From contig NC_010546.1 in assembly GCF_000017845.1 (NCBI RefSeq), forward strand, positions 330,001 to 362,000: DNA of 32,000 bases, given 5' to 3'. Below, piece after piece: positions 26,197 to 32,000 of the stretch. The stretch's first letter is position 1; each line of letters opens with the position of its first letter. The position numbers and the translations under genes were made by a program. A model generated the notes under the pieces. It was not told the DNA's origin and searched no databases. It saw nothing but the letters and a program-made list of their open reading frames with translations. Origin of the DNA: Crocosphaera subtropica ATCC 51142. Lineage in GTDB: Bacteria > Cyanobacteriota > Cyanobacteriia > Cyanobacteriales > Microcystaceae.

Positions 26197-27990
26197 ATGT
26201 ATACAGGAAATAAACTGATTGAACTGCTAGAAAAACAACAAGAAACTAGATACAAAACCAACTTATTTAGAAAAGGAACTTTTAGGATTCAATGGCGGGC
26301 AAAAGTTGGTTCCTATCCTCATCCTGATGGGGAAACCATGATTTCTGCTGGTGAACCTTGTGGAAATTGGGAAACTTATAAACAGCAACCAAGAAATGAT
26401 AAATTTATTAATAAAAAGGGAAAAGAAGAAACAATTAAAAAACTAGAACAATACTTAAATGAGTTACCAAAATTACCAATTAATGGTTATATTCCTGGTT
26501 CATCTATTCGGGGTTTAGTGAGGGCGTGGGTAAAAAAAGACCCTGATAAACGTTCACGGATGAATGAATTATTAGGGTATCAAGATGACGAAAAAATAAC
26601 CCCTGGAAAAATTGAATTTTTAGATGCTTATCCTGATAAACCCACTCGTTTAACTATAGATATTATTAATCCTCAACAAGAATTCCAAGTATTACATAAT
26701 CAAGAAAAACAAAGTAATCCTTGTCCTCTTTATACATTGGGTGATGGAGATAATAAAATTAAAGTTACTATTGCTATTCGAGGAATTCCCAATAAAGCAA
26801 CAGAAGAAGATGTTAAACAAGTATGGGAATGGGTAGAACAAGCACTACATTTTTATGGTGTGGGAAGTCGTACTGCTTCGGGATATGGGATGATTAAATC
26901 GGAAAATAAACCTAAACCCATTCGTCCTAAAAATGAAATATCAAAAACTTTTAATTTTACTTTATATAGTCAAGGTTGTTATGGTGCAAATCAAAAAAAT
27001 AGAGATGATGTTCAGTTACGTCCGTCTCATTGGAGGGGTTGGTTAAGGTCTTGGGTTTTACGGTTTTTATTAGGAGTGATGTCAAGAAAAAATGCTGAGA
27101 AAATCTTAGGAGACTTACTAGGAAATATTGACGAAAATAGTGGGAAAAGTTACAAAGGCTGTGTCCGTTTAGAACTTGTTAAAAATCAACTTTGGGGAGA
27201 AGTCTCTGAAGATGAACCAGACTTTTATACTTGGAAAGGTCAATTAAAAATTACTGCACCAAAAGATATTTTAAGCAAGATTATTTTACCTATTATTAGG
27301 TTTGCTTGTAGTGTTGGCGGTGTGGGTAGAGGTTGGCGTAGACCTTTACATATTTTTAGTTTTAATAATGGTAATAAAGCGGCAAGAGGATGTTATCTTA
27401 AACTGTCTCATAAAGTTCCAGATAAAAATACTGGAGAAAAAAAGATTCGTTTATATCAATTATCTCCTAATAAACCTGAATTATGGAGTAAAACTTATGA
27501 TCAATGGCTAAAAGCGATTAAGTCTTATTGCGGTGATAAAATAACCATAGATACAACAATTAATCAAAATTTAGAAGCTGAAGTATTTTCTCCTAATACT
27601 TGCGCTATTTATGCAGTTCCCGGCCCTGATCAAAATCCTATTGATGAATCATATCAAACTTGGCAAAATATTCGTGACAATGAAGAAACTCGTGGGGAGG
27701 GAATGACCCTTATTTATCAAAGTAAATATAAGAAAAAAACTGAAGTGGGTGGTGATGCAGGAAATGGTAATGCTTCTTGTTCTTGGGTTAGTATTAGACG
27801 GGTTAATATACCTAATAAAATAGCACAGACTCAATGTCAAGAAATTGTTTGTTTATTTATGGGAGGACAATTAACTAAAATAGATCATACGGATAATCAG
27901 AATAATTTACGTTCTCACTTTTTAAAAGATTTATCTAATATTCCAGATTCAACCTTATTATTTGGTGTTTCTCCAGATAATAATAATTAA
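26197..27990 (+). CDS. cmr6: Cmr6-Cmr1 fusion RAMP protein (two Cas7-like modules in one 597-aa polypeptide)
   Basis: The N-terminal half is Cmr6-like: NGYIPGSSIRGLVRAWV, GKIEFLDAYP and G-loop YGVGSRTASGYGM. A linker SENKPKPIRPKNEISK lies at ~26897-26950. The C-terminal half is Cmr1-like: FNFTLYSQGCYGAN...LRPSHWRGWLRSWVLRFLLG and G-loop SVGGVGRGWRRP. Confidence 0.75.
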   Translation: MYTGNKLIELLEKQQETRYKTNLFRKGTFRIQWRAKVGSYPHPDGETMISAGEPCGNWETYKQQPRNDKFINKKGKEETIKKLEQYLNELPKLPINGYIPGSSIRGLVRAWVKKDPDKRSRMNELLGYQDDEKITPGKIEFLDAYPDKPTRLTIDIINPQQEFQVLHNQEKQSNPCPLYTLGDGDNKIKVTIAIRGIPNKATEEDVKQVWEWVEQALHFYGVGSRTASGYGMIKSENKPKPIRPKNEISKTFNFTLYSQGCYGANQKNRDDVQLRPSHWRGWLRSWVLRFLLGVMSRKNAEKILGDLLGNIDENSGKSYKGCVRLELVKNQLWGEVSEDEPDFYTWKGQLKITAPKDILSKIILPIIRFACSVGGVGRGWRRPLHIFSFNNGNKAARGCYLKLSHKVPDKNTGEKKIRLYQLSPNKPELWSKTYDQWLKAIKSYCGDKITIDTTINQNLEAEVFSPNTCAIYAVPGPDQNPIDESYQTWQNIRDNEETRGEGMTLIYQSKYKKKTEVGGDAGNGNASCSWVSIRRVNIPNKIAQTQCQEIVCLFMGGQLTKIDHTDNQNNLRSHFLKDLSNIPDSTLLFGVSPDNNN

Positions 27991-28021
27991 TTTTCTCTTA
28001 TTCTATTATCTACAGATATTT

Positions 28022-28049
28022 GTAGGGGTTAACGGCCGTTGACCCCTAC
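28022..28049 (+). terminator. 28-nt GC-rich palindrome (copy 2), likely terminator of the cmr operon
   Basis: GTAGGGGTTAACGGCCGTTGACCCCTAC lies 32 nt after the cmr6-cmr1 stop. It matches the copy at 15283-15310 at 27/28 positions. Confidence 0.5.
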
Positions 28050-28056
28050 TTATTCT

Positions 28057-29475
28057 GGTTCTACCGAACTTAGCGTGTAGATTTAACCACTAAAATGCCA
28101 AGTTAGGAAACTTCTAAGTTTAAAATTATCAAAATTTCTAAAACCATAACCTCTTCTTTTAATCAGCTTTAATTTGTTATTAATTCCCTCCACAACACCG
28201 CTATTTGTTCTCTCGTCAAAGTAAGCAATGATTTCTCCCATCCAACGTCTAATGGTTCCGAAGCTTTTAGGATAAACTGTATGAGCCTCTGCACACCAAT
28301 CCGCTAGTTCAAACAGTCCTGATATCCAATCAATATTTTCATCAAAAACCTTTCTAAATTTCTCTTTTAGAAGGTACATCTTTGAAAGAATAGGTACAGT
28401 TTTATAGATTTCTTCTAATTTCTCTTTTTGTTGGTCGCTTAAATCTTCTTCATTTTTAAGTAAAGCATATTTACTCTTATTTAATCCTGAAAGTAATTGT
28501 TTTTTTTCTGGAGAATCCTTTAAAGCAATTGCTTCTCTTTTTGACTTTTTTCTTTGAGCATCTAACTCATCGGTAACTTGCTTCATTACATGGAATCTAT
28601 CAGCCACTATTTCGGCTTGTGGCATTAATTTTTTAGCCACTTTTTTATAAGGTTGCCAAAAGTCTATACTAACTTCAACTATCTGTCTTAAAACCTCTTC
28701 TCCCCAAGCTTCTAGATATTTTGAGACTTCCTCTTCTGTTCGTTTTTCTATCAGTCCTATAATCACTCCTTTATCCAAATCTACTAAAACTACATAATAC
28801 TTTCCTTGTCCTTTAACTACAGCAATCTCATCTATGCCTAATCGTCTTAATTTCTGTGGTTTCTTCTTCCCTAATTCTTGACCTATATCCTTTAGCATCG
28901 TTTCTATCTCTTGTTCACTTACTCCATTTCTTTGTGCTACGTTTTTAATATCGCCATTTAAAACTTCTGCGACAATTTTCTTCTTCAATCTTTCGGTGTA
29001 AGTTCTCTTTTTCTTGATATCTTTCAATTCTTCTGTGAATTTCTTTTGACATTTTTCACATCTCATTTGACGACGATTTATTTTGAGGTAAACATCTTGC
29101 TCTCCCCAAGATAAATCTCTGATAGTTAGTTCATTATTTTGATGTAGTTTTCTAGTGACAGAACCACAGTATATACAAGTTGTTTTTTTATCTACTTTCT
29201 CTAATGACAAAACTATTCCCATTCCCTTGATTAACTGATAATCCATAACAGTAAATCCTTCTAATTGAAGAATATTTGTCATTAAGTTTAGTTGAGAATT
29301 TGACGGCATTAGTGTAACTTAACTTAAAATAGCATTCTTTTTCTAATACCTATTCAACCATCAAATATCCTTAAAAGCAACCCTGACAAAGCTTTTGGCT
29401 ATTATTCTCTTGTCTTTATGCTTTCAAAAACACGTTTTTATTTTTTTAATTTACATGACAAGTTCGGTAGAACCC
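28057..29475 (-). mobile_element. ISL3-family insertion sequence (1419 bp) with 8-bp target-site duplication
   Basis: The terminal inverted repeats are GGTTCTACCGAACTT... (28057-) and ...AAGTTCGGTAGAACC (-29475), with 15 bp perfect and ~26 bp imperfect. The flanking direct repeat CTTATTCT lies at 28049-28056 and 29476-29483. There is a single transposase ORF. Confidence 0.9.
28083..29309 (-). CDS. ISL3 family transposase
   Basis: 408 aa. The N-terminal zinc-finger pairs are CIYCGS...CEKCQKKF. The DDE region is [22 protein letters not shown]...VSIDFWQPY...ADRFHVMK...[23 protein letters not shown]. Confidence 0.9.
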   Translation of the reverse strand: MPSNSQLNLMTNILQLEGFTVMDYQLIKGMGIVLSLEKVDKKTTCIYCGSVTRKLHQNNELTIRDLSWGEQDVYLKINRRQMRCEKCQKKFTEELKDIKKKRTYTERLKKKIVAEVLNGDIKNVAQRNGVSEQEIETMLKDIGQELGKKKPQKLRRLGIDEIAVVKGQGKYYVVLVDLDKGVIIGLIEKRTEEEVSKYLEAWGEEVLRQIVEVSIDFWQPYKKVAKKLMPQAEIVADRFHVMKQVTDELDAQRKKSKREAIALKDSPEKKQLLSGLNKSKYALLKNEEDLSDQQKEKLEEIYKTVPILSKMYLLKEKFRKVFDENIDWISGLFELADWCAEAHTVYPKSFGTIRRWMGEIIAYFDERTNSGVVEGINNKLKLIKRRGYGFRNFDNFKLRSFLTWHFSG

Positions 29476-29492
29476 TTATTCTTAATTGAAAA

Positions 29493-29527
29493 CCCACTAA
29501 TTTTTAGGTTAGTGGGTGGTTTTTATT
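29493..29527. terminator. Hairpin terminator between the IS and array 2
   Basis: ACCCACTAA-TTTTTAGG-TTAGTGGGT is followed by GGTTTTTATTT, with GAAA upstream. It could stop the cmr transcript (+) or the array transcript (-). Confidence 0.55.
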
Positions 29528-29604
29528 TAAAATAAAAAAGTTCGTAGTTAAAGCTTTAGCTTTAATGATGACTAGCTTTCTCGTTCTAAAGAACTCACTA
29601 CAAA

Positions 29605-29852
29605 CTAACGTTCAACTAAGTTCTCCGTTAAGAGAAAGTAACACACTTGAAGGTGTTGGTGGTTTATACGACAAGTTTCCATTCAACTAGGTTCTCCGTT
29701 AAGAGAAAGCATCACAGCAAATAGCACACGGAATGTATAATGACGTTTCCATTCAACTAGGTTCTCCGTTAAGAGAAAGTTTTTTGTTTTGTTAGTAGCA
29801 ATACTGACTGACAAAAGTTTCCATTCAACTAGGTTCTCCGTTAAGAGAAAGA
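29605..29852 (-). CRISPR. CRISPR array 2 (4 repeats, 3 spacers)
   Basis: The 35-nt repeat GTTTCCATTCAACTAGGTTCTCCGTTAAGAGAAAG occurs at 29676-29710, 29746-29780 and 29818-29852. A degenerate terminal copy lies at 29605-29639. Spacers are 36, 35 and 37 nt. Minus-strand sense is inferred from the degenerate repeat at the left end; the sense form CTTTCTCTTAACGGAGAACCTAGTTGAATGGAAAC ends in a GAAAC-type tag. Confidence 0.9.
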
Positions 29853-29917
29853 GTCCGTCTGAGAGCCTTTACCCAGAGCGGGTTTCGGACTACAAATCCA
29901 CGCACCCCATGTAATCA

Positions 29918-29946
29918 TCATACTACACTCAACAATCTTCGACAAC
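29918..29946 (-). promoter_or_regulatory. Candidate leader promoter for array 2
   Basis: On the minus strand: TTGTCG (29946-29941), a 17-nt spacer, then TATGAT (29923-29918). It lies ~65 nt upstream of the first repeat. Confidence 0.3.
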
Positions 29947-30098
29947 TCGTAACCCTCAAATCCAGGCCAGGTAAAGCATCGACGCAGGTCGACGAAAGAA
30001 TGCGGTTTTTAGCCATTTTCCCTACTGCGTGGATCATTGTTTCTTCCTCCGAACTCCTGTCTCCTATTTGCCCCCATTTATAAGGGGGGTTGGGGGGA

Positions 30099-31442
30099 TT
30101 AAACAAACCCAAAAATCTGAGGACCATTGGCACGAATAGGAAATTGATTCAAATACGCTACCGGATTACTAGGATCAAACGATCGCCCATCAATAAAAGC
30201 GGTGTTCGTTTCCTTTTTCATATTATTACTGGGTAAGGGAATATTTAACGCTTCAGCCACCTCTTCATAGATAGTAATGGGATAGATTTTATCTAATAAT
30301 TTATCTGCTTCTTTCGGATAGTCATAAATGTCTAAATCGTGCCAACGAATCATCTGAGTTAACATCCAGACTGCATGGGAACGCCACGGATAATTTGCGC
30401 AATCATTTTCTCCTAAATAGTCTGCTTCTCTGTGATGAAAAATAGTATAATCGGGTATGAATCGCTGATAATTTTCAGAGGTTTCATAACTATAAGAATA
30501 GTTCCCCATTAAGGTCGATTCAATCAAACTGGTATCGAGGTTTAAATAATCAGGTTGTGCTAAAATAGCAGCAACTTCTGTCTGATTTTCCAAGCGATCG
30601 CAATATTGACAAGCTTCGATAACAGCAGCCATCAACGCCCTTGTTGTGTTGGGATGTTTCTTGGCCCAACCGTCCATCGTAGCTAATATTTTATTAGGAT
30701 GGCCCTGCCAAATATCCCGACTCACATAACTAACAAAACCCGCTTTTTCTAATACTGTTTGTTGATTCCAAGGGGAAGACGCGCTATAACCATCAATCAT
30801 CCCTGCTTGCAATTTATAAATCATTTGAGAAGCAGGAAACTCCACTAATTCTACTTCTGTTTTGGGCATTAAACCGATAGCAGATAACCAATAACGAGTC
30901 AAATAAGTATCAGTCGAAAAAGCAGAATCTACTGCCAAATTAACAGGGGTTTCACGGTTTCGCCAGTAGCGTCTAATATTCTCTTCAAAGTCAGTAAAAT
31001 TGAAATAATCCACCGATGGACGTATTCCTGCGTCCCAAGCTTTTTGAGTTATAGTAATAGCACTACTATTAAGATTTAAGGTCATTAAAGAGATTAATGG
31101 GGCTTCATCTTCTCCTAATTGTGCCAAGATGGGGAAAGCATAAGGCAGTTGTCCTGCGTCCATTGTCCACCCTAGTAACTCTTCTTTGACCTCTTCCCAA
31201 GTTTCAAGTCGTTTTAGGGTAACAGACAAGCCATAACGCTCAAAAAACCCCTTTTCCTGAGCAACAATTAAGGGGGCTGCATCCCCATTCGGCACGTATC
31301 CGAGAATTAGGTTAGACTTTTCTAACGTGCCAAAATTTACATCAGTTTTTTGTTGATTGAAGATATCAACTTTACTACAAGCTGCAACCCCTAAACTTGC
31401 TAACCCTAAACCACTGTATTTAATAAAATTGCGACGTTTCAT
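30099..31442 (-). CDS. ABC transporter periplasmic substrate-binding lipoprotein, NrtA/CmpA (nitrate/bicarbonate/cyanate-type) family
   Basis: It has a Tat-like signal plus lipobox (MKRRNFIKYSGLGLASLGVAAC). LGYVPNGDAAPLIVAQEKGFFERYGLSVTL resembles the NrtA/CmpA N-terminal lobe. Its ~447 aa length is typical of the family. No permease or ATPase gene is adjacent in the window. Confidence 0.75.
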   Translation of the reverse strand: MKRRNFIKYSGLGLASLGVAACSKVDIFNQQKTDVNFGTLEKSNLILGYVPNGDAAPLIVAQEKGFFERYGLSVTLKRLETWEEVKEELLGWTMDAGQLPYAFPILAQLGEDEAPLISLMTLNLNSSAITITQKAWDAGIRPSVDYFNFTDFEENIRRYWRNRETPVNLAVDSAFSTDTYLTRYWLSAIGLMPKTEVELVEFPASQMIYKLQAGMIDGYSASSPWNQQTVLEKAGFVSYVSRDIWQGHPNKILATMDGWAKKHPNTTRALMAAVIEACQYCDRLENQTEVAAILAQPDYLNLDTSLIESTLMGNYSYSYETSENYQRFIPDYTIFHHREADYLGENDCANYPWRSHAVWMLTQMIRWHDLDIYDYPKEADKLLDKIYPITIYEEVAEALNIPLPSNNMKKETNTAFIDGRSFDPSNPVAYLNQFPIRANGPQIFGFV

Positions 31443-31471
31443 AAATAATTTTAACTAATAATTTTGTATTT

Positions 31472-31843
31472 TTAGGGATTAATAAAAGGACTCACATCCT
31501 GCGCCGGACAGTCTGCCAAAGCTGCTAAATTAATCGGTTTTTGTCCAAGACTAGACGGTACATAAGTGTAAGCTAAATCAACCCCTTGGTTATTAATGGA
31601 CACTTGCCAGTAATTTTCATAATCTACAGTTCCCACAGAAATAGATCGAATTGTAACAGGTTGAGGTGTGGTTTCGCCACAGGGTTCGCAAAAAAGATAA
31701 ATTAATTGATTAAGTTTGAGAAACGTTGCTGCTTTTAACGCTTGTTCTTTATCTACATAAGAACATTGATCAGCATAAGCCATCTGGGTTGAAAATGAAA
31801 TGATTGTAATGGCTAAAAGTATGATTTTGAAGAATTTTAACAT
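31472..31843 (-). CDS. Hypothetical secreted protein
   Basis: 123-aa ORF with a signal peptide (MLKFFKIILLAITIISFSTQMAYA) and four Cys residues. No family was recognised. Confidence 0.45.
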   Translation of the reverse strand: MLKFFKIILLAITIISFSTQMAYADQCSYVDKEQALKAATFLKLNQLIYLFCEPCGETTPQPVTIRSISVGTVDYENYWQVSINNQGVDLAYTYVPSSLGQKPINLAALADCPAQDVSPFINP

Positions 31844-31940
31844 AATTAACTCACTAAATTTATTTTTGATTATTTTTTAGGGTGTATAATAATCATAACC
31901 CTTTGCTATAATAAATCAAATAAATTTCTTTAAGCTAATT

Positions 31941-32000
31941 ATGTTAGAGCTAGATGATCTTAATCTTCATATTCAATATATTACCAATGACCTTGGGGAA
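31941..32000 (+). CDS. Start of an ORF running off the window (MLELDDLNLHIQYITNDLGE...), function unknown
   Basis: ATG at 31941 is open to the window end. Only 20 codons are visible. Confidence 0.25.
   Translation, partial: MLELDDLNLHIQYITNDLGE

Noticed and set aside
29605-29852. Plus-strand orientation for the CRISPR arrays, since the repeat also begins GTTTC and ends GAAAG on the plus strand, a palindromic-terminus pattern.
   Set aside because: In both arrays the degenerate repeat is the leftmost one. Array 1 then lies downstream of cas1-cas2 in the canonical order. The segment conserved between the two repeat variants is the end that becomes the crRNA tag only in minus-strand sense. The orientation remains unproven without RNA data.
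29853-29935. A relatively GC-rich stretch next to array 2 (AGTCCGTCTGAGAGCC...CGGACTACAAATCCACGCACCCC) that looked at first like a tRNA, tmRNA or structured-RNA fragment.
   Set aside because: I could not fold it into a cloverleaf, and it has no T-loop (GTTCRA) or acceptor pairing. It is most simply the CRISPR leader. A covariance-model scan would be needed to say more.
29918-30133. A 71-aa minus-strand ORF spanning the array 2 leader and overlapping the end of the NrtA-like gene.
   Set aside because: It overlaps the 3' end of a strong CDS, has no motif, and lies where a CRISPR leader and promoter are expected. It is treated as non-coding.

Overview
AT-rich cyanobacterial chromosome segment. 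The HIP1 octamer GCGATCGC is scattered through both core and cas genes (e.g. 2332, 13369, 13381, 15576, 22761, 22947), and heptameric STRR-type tandem repeats sit at several gene 3' ends. Bases 1 to ~13.6 kb hold ordinary core genes: S8 protease fragment, BASS transporter, NurA-like protein, two AIM24 paralogues, ScpA, three sugar-nucleotide/glycan genes, YjbQ, a GH10-like hydrolase, a prohibitin and an ABC ATPase. From ~13.6 to ~30.1 kb lies a visibly more AT-rich accessory island. It carries a decayed yefM-yoeB pair, two small hypothetical genes, and a complete but unusually built type III-B (Cmr) CRISPR-Cas locus. The locus order is: mini-array 1 <- cas2 <- cas1 <- 2-TM ORF | WYL regulator -> cas10/cmr2 -> Uma2 nuclease -> cmr3 -> csx1 (CARF-HEPN) -> cmr4 -> cmr5 -> cmr6-cmr1 fusion -> [ISL3 insertion with 8-bp TSD] -> array 2. 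No cas6 is present. The points most worth follow-up are the Uma2 PD-(D/E)xK nuclease hard-wired between cas10 and cmr3, the Cmr6-Cmr1 fusion, a small membrane protein translationally coupled to cas1, a Cmr4 cleavage loop without the canonical Asp, and two tiny arrays with diverged repeats that share only the crRNA-tag end. The right edge (30.1-32 kb) returns to core-like genes (NrtA/CmpA-type binding protein, small secreted protein). All family calls come from reading motifs by eye; no searches were run.
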